Of a DNA stretch of 40,301 nt, positions 1-9,604 are shown piece after piece. Within the stretch, counting starts at the first letter, position 1; each line of letters starts with the position of its first letter. The DNA is from a virus (taxonomy: Duplodnaviria; Caudoviricetes), in IMG/VR virus record IMGVR_UViG_3300027711_000006, positions 1 to 40,301 of that record. The stretch is one strand, 5' to 3'. Below the pieces are notes generated by a model. It ran no database searches, had not been told where the DNA came from, and worked only from the letters and a program-made list of their open reading frames with translations. The position numbers and the translations under genes are program-made.

Positions 1-59
1 ACTGGGAATTTCCCCTGACAGGTTTTTCGGAACTGATCCCTGGGCGGGAGGTGACCCCC

Positions 60-545
60 TTGGGTAAGCGTGGCCCGAAGGGCAAACCCACCAGCCTGCG
101 TGTCCTTGAAGGTGATCGTGAGGACCGCATCAACCGCAACGAACCGGTGCCCGGTCAGGGTGAGGTGGTTCCGCCGGCGTGGCTGGTCGAGCTCGATGAA
201 GACGCCAGCGGCGGTGGTGAGACCGCACTTGGGGTGTGGGAGCGGCTCGCCCCGGACCTGGTGCGCAAGGGTGTGCTCACCGCGTGGGATGTGGATCAGT
301 TCGCGGTTTTCTGTGATGCGGTGGTGCGCCACCGGGAGGCCACCCGCGTCGTTGACCGCGAGGGCACCCTCGTGGAGGGGCAGAAGGGCAACTTGGTCCG
401 TAACCCCGCGATCCAGATCGCCCGGGACTACGCCGACCTGATGGTCAAGGTCGGCTCCAGGTTCGGGCTCACCCCGGGGGACCGTGCGGACCTGACGATC
501 GAGCGGGAGGCGTCCCATGGCGGCGCGGACCGGCTCCTCTCCTAA
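60..545 (+). CDS. terS: Terminase small subunit (P27 family)
   Basis: GKRGPKGKPT N-terminus, NPAIQI...FGLTPGDR C-terminal motif; TTG at 60 follows GGAGGTG RBS (the ORF track starts at 51); overlaps terL. Confidence 0.9.
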   Translation: MGKRGPKGKPTSLRVLEGDREDRINRNEPVPGQGEVVPPAWLVELDEDASGGGETALGVWERLAPDLVRKGVLTAWDVDQFAVFCDAVVRHREATRVVDREGTLVEGQKGNLVRNPAIQIARDYADLMVKVGSRFGLTPGDRADLTIEREASHGGADRLLS

Positions 546-2229
546 ACGCCCGGTGTGCGGGTGGACGTTCGACGGCGTGTCCTGCCGTAAGCGGGGGGAT
601 CACCACTGCAAGCAGCGCGCCGACCACGTTGTTGCGTTCTTCTCTGAGGTGTTGGTGCACACCAAGGGCCGATACGCCCGTAAGGCGTTCGTGCCCACGG
701 TGTGGCAGGAGAAGGAGATCCTTCGGCCGTTGTTCGGTGAGGTGGTCTGGTCCGTCGAGCAGGGCGAGTATGTGCGCCGTTACTTGGTGGCGTGGATCGA
801 GCTGGGGAGAAAAAACGGGAAAAGTGAGCTGCAGGCCGGGATCATGCTGTACCTGCTTGTGGCTGACAACGAAGAGAGTGCGGAGATCTTCGGGTGTGCC
901 CGTAACCGCGAACAGGCGTCTTTGGTGTTCGATGTGGCGTCGCGGATGGTGCAGCTCAGCCCTGTGTTGTCGCGCCGGTTGCAGGTACGCGCGCACGTGA
1001 AGCGGATCATCGACCCGAAGACCAACAGCTTCTACGTGGCGATCCCCGCGGACGCTCAGTCCGCGCTCGGCTCGAACCCTTCGGGTGTGGCCGCTGACGA
1101 GATCCTGGCGTGGCCCAAGCGGGACCTGTGGGACTCGATGCGTACCGGCATGGGTTCGGGCGCGCGCCGCCAACCGCTCATGGTCGCAGCGACGACCGCG
1201 GGCAACGACCCGCAGAGCTTCGCGGCGGGGATGCACAACGAGATGCAGCGCATCGCTGATGACCCGGCCCGGAACCCGCGCACGTTCGTGTACCTGCGTA
1301 ACACTCCCGACGACGCGGACCCGTGGGATGAGAAGAACTGGCACCACGCCAACCCCGCGTTGGGTGATTTCCTGTCGTTGGAGGCGCTGCGTCAGGAAGC
1401 GTTGGAGGCGCAGAACGACCCCGCGTCGGAGAACAGCTTCCGCCAGTTCAGGTTGAACCAGTGGGTGCGGCAGACGACCCGGTGGATGCCGATGCACCTG
1501 TACAAGGCGTCCGCGGGTGAGCTGTGGTTGGACCCTGAGTGGGGTCGTGAGCAGTTGGCGGGTCGGGTGGCTTGGGGCGGTATGGACCTGTCGGCCAAGT
1601 TCGACCTCACCGCCTGGTGCGTCCTGCTCGAACCTGAGCACGCGGGCGGTCCTTTGGATGTGTTGTGGCGGTTCTGGCTCCCCGAGGATGCGCTGCCGCG
1701 CCTGGACGACGAGAACGACGGCAAGTTCAGCCGGTGGGCGCGGGACGGCTGGTTGACGGTAACCGAAGGCAACATCCAGGACTACGACCGCATCGTGTCG
1801 GACATCGAGGCCGACGGTGAGCATTTCGAGTTCGCCGGGTTCGACTGTGATGAGTGGTCGATGTGGCCGATGATCAACCGCGTCGCTGACGCCCTCGGGC
1901 TGGACGCCGAGTCTGGTGAGGTCATGGCGTACAAGAACACCTACGACCGGATGACGCCCGGCATGGACGAGGTCATGGCGTTGGTGATGAACAACAGGTT
2001 CCGTCACCACGGAAACCCCGTCGCAGAGTTCTGCTTCGACACGGTCGAGGCGCGGGTGGCCCCGTACAACCCGGATTTGAAACGCCCGGACAAACCGGAA
2101 CGGGACAAGTCGGGGAAGCGGATCGACGCGGTGCCGGTGGCGGCGATGGCCGCGGCGGCGTGGCTGCTGCGCGGTGATGAGGACCAGTACGAGTCGGCGT
2201 ATGAGAAGCGCGGCGTGACCGTCGCCTGA
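517..2229 (+). CDS. terL: Terminase large subunit
   Basis: Walker A GRKNGKS, Walker B VAADE, motif III TTAG, RNase H-like GGMDLS and KRIDAVPVA. Confidence 0.97.
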   Translation: MAARTGSSPKRPVCGWTFDGVSCRKRGDHHCKQRADHVVAFFSEVLVHTKGRYARKAFVPTVWQEKEILRPLFGEVVWSVEQGEYVRRYLVAWIELGRKNGKSELQAGIMLYLLVADNEESAEIFGCARNREQASLVFDVASRMVQLSPVLSRRLQVRAHVKRIIDPKTNSFYVAIPADAQSALGSNPSGVAADEILAWPKRDLWDSMRTGMGSGARRQPLMVAATTAGNDPQSFAAGMHNEMQRIADDPARNPRTFVYLRNTPDDADPWDEKNWHHANPALGDFLSLEALRQEALEAQNDPASENSFRQFRLNQWVRQTTRWMPMHLYKASAGELWLDPEWGREQLAGRVAWGGMDLSAKFDLTAWCVLLEPEHAGGPLDVLWRFWLPEDALPRLDDENDGKFSRWARDGWLTVTEGNIQDYDRIVSDIEADGEHFEFAGFDCDEWSMWPMINRVADALGLDAESGEVMAYKNTYDRMTPGMDEVMALVMNNRFRHHGNPVAEFCFDTVEARVAPYNPDLKRPDKPERDKSGKRIDAVPVAAMAAAAWLLRGDEDQYESAYEKRGVTVA

Positions 2230-2251
2230 CCCATAGAGGGGTGGTGGCGTC

Positions 2252-2464
2252 ATGCGGTGGTTTCTGCTGCGCCGAAAGCAGGTCCTGATCAATCTGAAGG
2301 ACGGGTCTGCGTTCCGTGGGGTGCTGTACCGGCGGTGGTGGGGCGGCACGGTGGAGCTGCGGGACGCGGTCCGTTTGGAGTTGGGGCGTGAGCCGGTGGC
2401 CGCGGACGGGGCGATTCTGATCGAGCGCCCCGAAATTCTCTATTGGCAGGTGGTGTCCCCGTGA
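2252..2464 (+). CDS. Small hypothetical protein (Sm/LSm-like beta fold possible)
   Basis: 70 aa between terL and portal; VLINLKDGSAFRGVL pattern; GTGA overlap with portal. Confidence 0.65.
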   Translation: MRWFLLRRKQVLINLKDGSAFRGVLYRRWWGGTVELRDAVRLELGREPVAADGAILIERPEILYWQVVSP

Positions 2465-4440
2465 GCTTCACCCTGTCGTCGGGGAAACTCGATGTGGGTG
2501 CCGGTCCGCTCGGGTACAGCCTGCCCAGTTTGCAGCTCGGCAGTGAGCGGTTCGAAGCAGCGGAGATCTTCCGCCGCCAACCGCAGGTGCGCACCGTGGT
2601 CGGGTTTCTCGCCCGTAACGTCGCCCAGTTGGGGTTGCACGCGTTCCGCCGTGTCAGTGACACCGACCGGGAGCGGGTCACCGATCATCCGCTTTCGGAC
2701 CTGCTGGAACGGCCCCTGCCGGGCAAACGGTTGACCCCGTACCAGCTGAAGTATCGGATCGTCGCGGACCTGGCGATCTACGACACCTGCTTCATCCTCA
2801 AGGTCAAACCCGACGGTGACGGACCCATGGGCCTGCTCCCGGTGCCGGTGCCGTTGGTGACCCCGGCGGAGGAGTCGTGGATCCAGGCGCCGTTCTACAA
2901 ACTCGCGGTGGGCGGGCAGACGGTCGAGGTGCCCGCTGAGGACATGATCCACATCCACGGGTACTCCCCGGACGACCTGACGGTGGGCGAGTCCCCGTTG
3001 ATGGCGTTGCGGGATGTGCTGCTGGAGGAGTACGAGGCGACCAAGCACCGCCAAGGCATGTGGAAGAACGGCGCCCGCGTCTCAGGGGTGATCGAGCGTC
3101 CGCAGCCGAAGGGGTCGCGGGATTGGTCGGATGAGGCGCGCACGCGGTTCATCCGGGAGTTCCGGGACTTGTATTCGGGGTCGGGTGCGCAGGCGGGCGG
3201 TGTGCCGATCCTTGAGGACGGGATGACGTACAAGCAGGCCGGGTTGGATCCCAGGGCTGCGCAGTACATCGAGGCCCGCAAGTTGACGCGTGAAGAGGTC
3301 GCGTCGGCGTACTACATCCCACCCCCGCTGGTCGGCATTTTGGACCACGCGACGTTCTCCAACATCCGGGAGCAGCACAAGCAGCTGTACCAGGACACGT
3401 TGGGTCCGTGGTTGACGCAGATCGACGAGGCCCTGGAAGCGCAGCTCCTCCCCGAGTTCGGGGAGGACAACCTGTACCTGGAGTTCAACCTCCAGGAGAA
3501 GATGCGCGGGTCCTTTGAGGAGCAGGCGGCGGCTGCGTCGACGGCAGCGGGTGCGCCGTGGATGACGGTGAACGAGATCCGCGCCCGCAACAACCTGCCC
3601 AGCATTGAGGGTGGGGATGATCTGGTCACCCCGCTGAACGTGTCGGTGGGTGGGCAGGCGTCGCCGCGTGACAGCGCCCCGGACTCGGCGGATGTGGCTG
3701 AGGAGGCCCCGGAGGCGCTCGGCACTTCTTCTGGGGTGGTGCGGTTCAAGGCCGGCGCCCCGGAGATCAGCGTGGAGGCCGCGGGAGAGTCCCTGTCGCA
3801 GTACTTCGCGCGGATGGGCCGGTCCCTGTCCTCCCAGCTCGGCGCCACGGTGAAAACGCTCGGGTCGAAGGCGTTGGAGGAGGTCGACTGGGCTCGGTGG
3901 GAGCGTGAGCTCGTTCCGGTGCTGCTCGGGGTCAACGGTCCCACAGCTGAACGTGCGGGCAGGGACGCCCTGGCGCAGATGGGGTTGGACCCCACCCTGT
4001 ACGACCCCCATGATCTTGCCGAGTGGCTGGCGGACAACGCTGCTGCGCAGGCGTCGGCGACGACGGACACCTCCCGGTTGCACGTGGAAGAGGCGTTGGC
4101 CAAGGACGACCCCTCAACAGCCTTGCGGGCACTGTTTGCGTGGTGGGCGGGGGATCGGGCCGCGTCCATCGGGCGCCGGCAGGCCACGCACGTGTCCGGT
4201 CAGGCCACGGTGGTGCAGGCCCGTAAACACCTGTCCCGCCCACAGAAGGTGTGGGTGGTCACCTCCGGTAATCCCCGTGACACACACGCCGCTCTGAACG
4301 GGGTGGCGGTGGACGTGGACGGGGTGTTTCCCAACGGCGCCCGCTGGCCGGGCGACAGTGTGCTCCCGGCGGAAGAAGCGGCGCAGTGCCGCTGTGAGAT
4401 CACGATCACCGGCGGCGAGCCGGGAGGAGGAGGCAACTGA
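2461..4440 (+). CDS. HK97-type portal protein with C-terminal MuF-like minor head domain
   Basis: Portal motifs (IHIHGYSP, GESPL, REEVASAYYIPP, WMTVNEIRARNNLP); C-terminal KVW...RDTHAALNG...WPGD...CRC; GTG start coupled to upstream stop. Confidence 0.92.
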   Translation: MSFTLSSGKLDVGAGPLGYSLPSLQLGSERFEAAEIFRRQPQVRTVVGFLARNVAQLGLHAFRRVSDTDRERVTDHPLSDLLERPLPGKRLTPYQLKYRIVADLAIYDTCFILKVKPDGDGPMGLLPVPVPLVTPAEESWIQAPFYKLAVGGQTVEVPAEDMIHIHGYSPDDLTVGESPLMALRDVLLEEYEATKHRQGMWKNGARVSGVIERPQPKGSRDWSDEARTRFIREFRDLYSGSGAQAGGVPILEDGMTYKQAGLDPRAAQYIEARKLTREEVASAYYIPPPLVGILDHATFSNIREQHKQLYQDTLGPWLTQIDEALEAQLLPEFGEDNLYLEFNLQEKMRGSFEEQAAAASTAAGAPWMTVNEIRARNNLPSIEGGDDLVTPLNVSVGGQASPRDSAPDSADVAEEAPEALGTSSGVVRFKAGAPEISVEAAGESLSQYFARMGRSLSSQLGATVKTLGSKALEEVDWARWERELVPVLLGVNGPTAERAGRDALAQMGLDPTLYDPHDLAEWLADNAAAQASATTDTSRLHVEEALAKDDPSTALRALFAWWAGDRAASIGRRQATHVSGQATVVQARKHLSRPQKVWVVTSGNPRDTHAALNGVAVDVDGVFPNGARWPGDSVLPAEEAAQCRCEITITGGEPGGGGN

Positions 4441-4441
4441 C

Positions 4442-5281
4442 ATGTTGCGCACCAAAAGCGCGCCGCTGACGATCAAGGCGGCCGGTACACATGAGGGCAC
4501 CGACGACGGTGTGGTGGAGGCGATCGTCGCCGCCTACAACGTCGACTCGGTGGGGGACAAGATCGTCCCTGGGGCGTTCGAGGCCACTCTCGCTGAGTGG
4601 CGTGGGAAGGGCGATCCGATCCCGTTCGTGTGGTCGCACGATTGGGGTAACCCCGATGCGCACATCGGTGTGGTGGAGGACGCCAAGGAGACCGACGAGG
4701 GGCTGTGGATCAAGGCCCGCCTGGACTTGGATGAGCCGTTCGCCGCGAAGGTGTACCGGCTCCTCAAGGGCCGGAGGGTCACCCAGTTCTCGTTTGGTTA
4801 CGAAGTCGAGGAAGGAGCTTTCGTCGACGCCAAGTCCGACGACGGTGAGCCCGGCGAAAGCTACTACGAGCTGCGCAAACTCAGACTTTTCGAGTGCGGC
4901 CCTTGCCTTGTGGGCGCCAACCAGAGCACGTCCCTGGAAGCGGTCAAGACCGCCCCTGGGGTGAGTGAGGAGCGGGTACGCGAGTTGATCGCCCAAGCCC
5001 GCACCAAGGACGCGGACACCACCGACGCGGGTGAGGAACCCGACCAGGTGGAGCCGCTGACCAACGCTGAGATCGCGGCCGTGCGAAAGATACTCGCAGA
5101 CCGCACCACTGACAACGACAACGATTCGCAGGACGAGAAGGCCACGCCTTCCCAGCCCGCTGCCGACGAAGAGCCCCCTGCGGGGGCCAAGTCGACCCAG
5201 CCAGCTGATGGGGGAACCGCTTCGCTCGCTGCTGCCCAGCTCCGACTCATGGAGCTGTCCATCACCGAGGAGACGGTATGA
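4442..5281 (+). CDS. HK97-family prohead protease
   Basis: NVDSVGDKIVPGAF, WSHDW, FSFGY, GANQ motifs; GGAGG RBS before ATG 4442. Confidence 0.92.
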   Translation: MLRTKSAPLTIKAAGTHEGTDDGVVEAIVAAYNVDSVGDKIVPGAFEATLAEWRGKGDPIPFVWSHDWGNPDAHIGVVEDAKETDEGLWIKARLDLDEPFAAKVYRLLKGRRVTQFSFGYEVEEGAFVDAKSDDGEPGESYYELRKLRLFECGPCLVGANQSTSLEAVKTAPGVSEERVRELIAQARTKDADTTDAGEEPDQVEPLTNAEIAAVRKILADRTTDNDNDSQDEKATPSQPAADEEPPAGAKSTQPADGGTASLAAAQLRLMELSITEETV

Positions 5282-6558
5282 CCACCAAGACCCAGGACCT
5301 GGCCGGCGAGCTGAAGAATGTGCTCGCTGAAGCCCGCAAGATCACCGACACCGCTGAAGCGGAGGGTCGTGGCCTGACCAGTGAGGATCAGGCCGCGATC
5401 AAGGGCTACTTCGAGAAGGCCACCGACCTCAAGGGCCGCATCGAGAAGGCCAAGGAGACCGACCAGATGACTGCCGCTCTGGCGGAGCTGGAGGGTGTGG
5501 AGTACGTGCCCTCCCAGGCCCGGCAGGCACCCCAGGGGCACCGTGACACCCAGGGCAAGTCCTTGGGTGAGGTGTTCACCTCCTCGCCTGAGTTCCAGGA
5601 TCTGCTGGCGCAGCGTGCTGCGGGGGAGAACTTCGGGCAGAAGCAGCGTGTCACCTCTCGCCCGGTGGGGTTCAAGGAGCTGCTGTTCACCGGTACGGAC
5701 CGCGAGTCGGCCGGTGGGCTGATCCAGAACGACTACCGCGGTCTGCAGCTGGGATTCACCCCGTTCGAGCGTCCGCTCACCCTGCGACAGCTGGTGTCGT
5801 CGGCGACCACTGCGTCGGACACGATCGAGTACGCCTACGTGGCGGGTGTGGATCAGAACGCGGCGTTCACCCCGGAGGCCACCCAGACCACGGGCACCTC
5901 GGGTACCAAGCCCCAGTCAGGGTTCACGTTCGAACGCCAGACCACCACGGTCAAGACCATCGCGAACTGGGCTGCGATCACCAAGCGTGCCCTGGCCGAC
6001 GTGGGCCAGGTGCGGGCGATGATCGACCAGTTCCTGCGGTATGGCATTGAGGAGGAGATCGACCGGCAGATCGTCGCGGGCGACGGTACCGGCGAGAACC
6101 TGCTGGGTCTGGACAACATCTCCGGAACCCAGTCGCTGACCGCGACCGGGGATGACCTGCAGCTGATCCGCCGCGCCAAGACCCGTGTGCGCCTGGGTGC
6201 GCGCACGAACGCGAACGCTGTGTTGATCCACCCCGAGGACCGGGAAGAGATCGACCTGATGCAGGACGGCAACATGCACTACTACATGGGCGGCCCGGTG
6301 GCCGCGGGTGGTAACACCACCATGTGGGGGCTGCCTGTTGTGGAGTCGGAGGTGCTGGAGCGCGGTACGGCGTGGGTGGGTGACTTCACCAAGGCCGTTC
6401 TGTACGACCGCCAGCAGGCCAGCATCGCCGTGACCGACAGCCACGACAACTTCTTCATCCGTAACCTCGTCGCGATCCTGGCGGAGACGCGGGTGGCGCT
6501 GGCGTTCCTGCAGCCGGCCGCTTTCGTGCGGGTGGAACTGGCCGGGTCTGGTAGCTGA
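5278..6558 (+). CDS. HK97-fold major capsid protein
   Basis: N-terminal coiled-coil delta domain, GDGTGENLLG, WGLPVVES, GDF, FIRNLVAILAETR. Confidence 0.95.
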   Translation: MTTKTQDLAGELKNVLAEARKITDTAEAEGRGLTSEDQAAIKGYFEKATDLKGRIEKAKETDQMTAALAELEGVEYVPSQARQAPQGHRDTQGKSLGEVFTSSPEFQDLLAQRAAGENFGQKQRVTSRPVGFKELLFTGTDRESAGGLIQNDYRGLQLGFTPFERPLTLRQLVSSATTASDTIEYAYVAGVDQNAAFTPEATQTTGTSGTKPQSGFTFERQTTTVKTIANWAAITKRALADVGQVRAMIDQFLRYGIEEEIDRQIVAGDGTGENLLGLDNISGTQSLTATGDDLQLIRRAKTRVRLGARTNANAVLIHPEDREEIDLMQDGNMHYYMGGPVAAGGNTTMWGLPVVESEVLERGTAWVGDFTKAVLYDRQQASIAVTDSHDNFFIRNLVAILAETRVALAFLQPAAFVRVELAGSGS

Positions 6559-6560
6559 CC

Positions 6561-6875
6561 GTGTACCAACGGCAGGTGCGGGGGCGGTGTCCGATCTGCG
6601 GTGCGGAGCATGCCGCGTGTGGGCCGGCCGCCCCCGTGAACCCGATCACGTCGGGGGAGGAGGTGGTGTATGTGCAGGGCGGACCACTGTCTGAGTACGA
6701 CGTCGAAGTGAACGGGGTCAAGCTCCGGTTGCGGCTGTCGGAGGCAGAGGCGCGTAAGCGCGGCCTGATCACTGATGAGCCCGCGGCTACAACGAAGGCG
6801 AAGCCGAAGTCGAAGGCTCGGCGGGTCAAGAACAAGAAGGTCGACATCGAGGACACCGCGTCCGGGGGTGAGTGA
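6561..6875 (+). CDS. Hypothetical head-region protein (CxxC-x3-H-x2-C motif, Lys-rich C-terminus)
   Basis: Fills the capsid-adaptor gap with overlaps; CPICGAEHAAC. Confidence 0.65.
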   Translation: MYQRQVRGRCPICGAEHAACGPAAPVNPITSGEEVVYVQGGPLSEYDVEVNGVKLRLRLSEAEARKRGLITDEPAATTKAKPKSKARRVKNKKVDIEDTASGGE

Positions 6876-7396
6876 TGACCTCCTTGGCGACGGTGGAGGA
6901 CTGGCCGGTGTACGCCGCCGGCCCGGTCCCGCAGGACGCGCAGGCGTTGTTGGACGCCGCCTCGCAGAACATCGTGGACTATTGCGGGTGGCCTATCGGC
7001 CCGCACGCGGTGGAGGGCGAGGAGTACGACGGTGAAGGCCAACGCGTGCTGTCGTTGCGGGCGTTGGCCGTGACCTCTGTGGAGGAGGTGCGCGTCGACG
7101 GTACCCCGGTGTCGGGGTGGCGCCTGTCGCGCCGGTACGGGCAGTTGGAACGTACCGGCGGGGTGTGGCCTGAAGGGTTCGGGCGTATCGAGGTGGACTA
7201 CTTGGCGGGGTTCGACCCGGTCCCACCCAACCTCGTCAAGTTGTGCGTTGAACTGGCGGCCAAGGCGGCTGCGGTGCCACTGGATGTGTCCAGCGAGACG
7301 ATGGACCGGCGCACGATCCGCTACCGCGAAGCCGCCGTGGTGGGTGGGTTGGACGCCGCGGCGCTGGAACGGTACCGGCTCGGAGCCAGACCATGA
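6875..7396 (+). CDS. Head-to-tail adaptor
   Basis: LLDAASQNIVDYCGW, IEVDYLAGF, LERYRL patterns; synteny; alternative GTG start at 6872. Confidence 0.8.
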   Translation: MTSLATVEDWPVYAAGPVPQDAQALLDAASQNIVDYCGWPIGPHAVEGEEYDGEGQRVLSLRALAVTSVEEVRVDGTPVSGWRLSRRYGQLERTGGVWPEGFGRIEVDYLAGFDPVPPNLVKLCVELAAKAAAVPLDVSSETMDRRTIRYREAAVVGGLDAAALERYRLGARP

Positions 7397-7746
7397 CCGG
7401 GCGGGGTATCTGGGGTGACACCGTCACCCTCATCCGGCGGGACGTGGTCGGCCAGGACGTGTACGGCAACGACGTCGAAGGGGAGACCCGCGAAACCCTG
7501 ACCGGTGTGGCCTGGCAGCCGGTGGACTCCACCGAGACCCAAACCCAGCAGCGCGACCAGATGCTCGCCCACTACCGCCTGTACGTGCGCGGGTTCGTGG
7601 ACGTGGACGGGGTGGACGCTGTCGAGTATGTGTGCCCGGCTCATGGGTTGATCCGTGCTGAGGTGCACGGACGCCCGGAGGTGTTCAGGTCCGCGACCGG
7701 CAGGTTGGACCACACCGCGGTGTCCCTACGTGAAGTGCGGGGGTGA
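7393..7746 (+). CDS. Head-to-tail stopper/closure protein
   Basis: DTVTLIR...DVYGND...WQP, EVHGRP motifs; synteny. Confidence 0.75.
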   Translation: MTGRGIWGDTVTLIRRDVVGQDVYGNDVEGETRETLTGVAWQPVDSTETQTQQRDQMLAHYRLYVRGFVDVDGVDAVEYVCPAHGLIRAEVHGRPEVFRSATGRLDHTAVSLREVRG

Positions 7747-7751
7747 CGTGC

Positions 7752-8021
7752 ATGGCACAGGTGCGGTTCGAGGCGTACTTCGACGGGATCGGGCAGGTGA
7801 TGCGCTCTGATGAGGTCACCGGGCCCATGCGCACCGAAGCCGAGACCATCGCGTCTAAGGCCAACAACGCCGCGGTCGCGCACGGCTTGGCGTTGGGCGC
7901 GAAGGTGGTGGAGTCCGAGCGGGAAAAGGACCGGCGCCCTGAAGCGCAGGTCCGCGCTGAGGTGGACGAGGAAGACGCCTGGCAGGCGTTGACCGTGCTG
8001 CGGAAGGCCGCGGACGTATGA
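7752..8021 (+). CDS. Neck protein (HK97 gp10-like)
   Basis: GIGQVMRS pattern; position between stopper and terminator. Confidence 0.6.
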   Translation: MAQVRFEAYFDGIGQVMRSDEVTGPMRTEAETIASKANNAAVAHGLALGAKVVESEREKDRRPEAQVRAEVDEEDAWQALTVLRKAADV

Positions 8022-8428
8022 GTGACCAACCTGATCTGGTGGCCGCTGTGCGGTCGTGGTTGGCTGAGCAGCTCCCTGATGCGCGGGTGGTGACCAGCCT
8101 GCCGAAGGGCCAACGCATGGAGGACGCCATCACCGCTGGCCCGGTGGTGCGGCTGACCCGCGGTATCGGCGGTGGCGCCGTCAAGGGCGAGCGTCGGGTG
8201 TTGTTCGACGTGGATGTGTTCACCTCCTCTGAAGAGGTCTTGTGGGCGACCACTGACCGGGCGTGGAAAGCCTGCGAAGCGCTCACCGCGACCTTCTATC
8301 AGGGGGTCCTAGTGGACGAGGTTCGGGTGCACAACGGCGCTGGGCAGGCCGGTCCCGGCCAGGTGGGGCATGAGAACCCGGGCGTGTACCGCACGTTCGC
8401 GACGTACCGGCTGACAACGCGCTCCTAG
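8018..8428 (+). CDS. Tail terminator protein
   Basis: VVRLTRGIGGG, FDVDVF, ATYRL motifs; precedes major tail gene. Confidence 0.75.
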   Translation: MSDQPDLVAAVRSWLAEQLPDARVVTSLPKGQRMEDAITAGPVVRLTRGIGGGAVKGERRVLFDVDVFTSSEEVLWATTDRAWKACEALTATFYQGVLVDEVRVHNGAGQAGPGQVGHENPGVYRTFATYRLTTRS

Positions 8429-8454
8429 CGGCGCAACAACCCAAGAACTCAACG

Positions 8455-8478
8455 ACCCTCGCCGTTGGCGGGGGTTTT
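8455..8478 (+). terminator. Hairpin with short U-tract upstream of major tail gene
   Basis: ACCCTCGCC-GTT-GGCGGGGGT followed by TTT. Confidence 0.45.
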
Positions 8479-8497
8479 CGCATGTCAGGAGCAAACG

Positions 8498-9136
8498 ATG
8501 ACGGAAGTCGCGGACTTCTACACCACACGCAACGAACTGGTTTTCAAGGCCCTGTATGGGGCGGTTTTCGTCGCTGACTACGACGTGGACCTGCCCGAGG
8601 ACCTGTTCGACGAGACCACCGGTGAGCTGCTGCCGCTCCCTGAGGGGTGGTACCCGGCCGGGTACTTCTCTGAGGACGGCATCACCCACGGCCGTGAGCA
8701 GGAGACCTCCGAGGTGCTGTCGGCGCAGGATGTGGAGCCGATCCGGGAGGACGTCACCTCCGACTCCACCACGGCGCAGTTCGTGATGCGGGAAACCTCG
8801 CCGGTGTCCATTGCTCTGTATGAGGGGATGCGGTTCTCCGACTTCGACGCGGTCGGGGAGCCGTTGCGGTGGACCAAGCCCAACAACCCGGTCCGCCTCG
8901 ACCGCCGGTTTCTGTTCATCGCTGAGGACAAGTCCAAGGCCACCGGCGAAGCCAAGTACTTCGTGCGCCTGTTCCCGCGGGGGACGGTGTCGGAGGTCGG
9001 TGAGGCGGTCGCCAACCGTGAGGACGCCCTGAACTGGGACGTGACCGTGCGGGCGCAGCGTGATGCTGAGGCGGGCACGTCGGTCCTGTCGTGGGTGGAT
9101 GGCCCCGGGTGGCGTGAGCTCGCCTCCGGGTCCTGA
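8498..9136 (+). CDS. Major tail (tube) protein
   Basis: LPEGWYPAGYFSEDG, EPIREDVTS motifs; AGGAG RBS before ATG 8498. Confidence 0.88.
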   Translation: MTEVADFYTTRNELVFKALYGAVFVADYDVDLPEDLFDETTGELLPLPEGWYPAGYFSEDGITHGREQETSEVLSAQDVEPIREDVTSDSTTAQFVMRETSPVSIALYEGMRFSDFDAVGEPLRWTKPNNPVRLDRRFLFIAEDKSKATGEAKYFVRLFPRGTVSEVGEAVANREDALNWDVTVRAQRDAEAGTSVLSWVDGPGWRELASGS

Positions 9137-9151
9137 GCCGCCCTCTTATGC

Positions 9152-9201
9152 GGGCGTCGGCCGGCTGGTCTGGGTGTGCCCACCCGGCCGGCGTCCTTTT
9201 T
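9152..9201 (+). terminator. Intrinsic terminator/attenuator after major tail gene
   Basis: GGGCGTCGGCCGG...CCGGCCGGCGTCC stem followed by TTTTT. Confidence 0.55.
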
Positions 9202-9238
9202 CAGCACACCCGAGCACACCCACAGGAAGGTTTGACCC

Positions 9239-9604
9239 ATGGCTGAGAACAAGAAGCCCAACCGTAAGACCCGCCGGTCCATTGCCGCGACTCGACGCAA
9301 GTACGTTGAGGCGTTGGGGCTGGAGTCTGCGGAGAACCCCACCGTGGAATTCGACGGACTCGACGGCAAGGTGTACAGCTTTGTGCACCCGCTGTTCATG
9401 GACGATGAGCAGCAGCAGGCAGTGGACTCCGAGGACACCCAGCAGGGCAAAGCTGCCGCACTCCTCGGCGAGGATCAGTGGGCCACGTTCGTCGAGCACC
9501 CTGCCCACCGGTCCGCAGACGTCATGCTGCTGTTCCAGGACCTGGCGCGGGAGACCCAGGACGTCATGGGTGATGGGACCCCTACACAGCCCTCGACCTC
9601 CTAG
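9239..9604 (+). CDS. Tail assembly chaperone (G)
   Basis: HPLFMDDE, AALLGEDQWATF; position between tail tube and tape measure genes. Confidence 0.85.
   Translation: MAENKKPNRKTRRSIAATRRKYVEALGLESAENPTVEFDGLDGKVYSFVHPLFMDDEQQQAVDSEDTQQGKAAALLGEDQWATFVEHPAHRSADVMLLFQDLARETQDVMGDGTPTQPSTS

Noticed and set aside
1-40. GGGAATTTCCC palindrome as cos/pac signal
   Set aside because: Plausible position, but cannot be supported without genome-end data.
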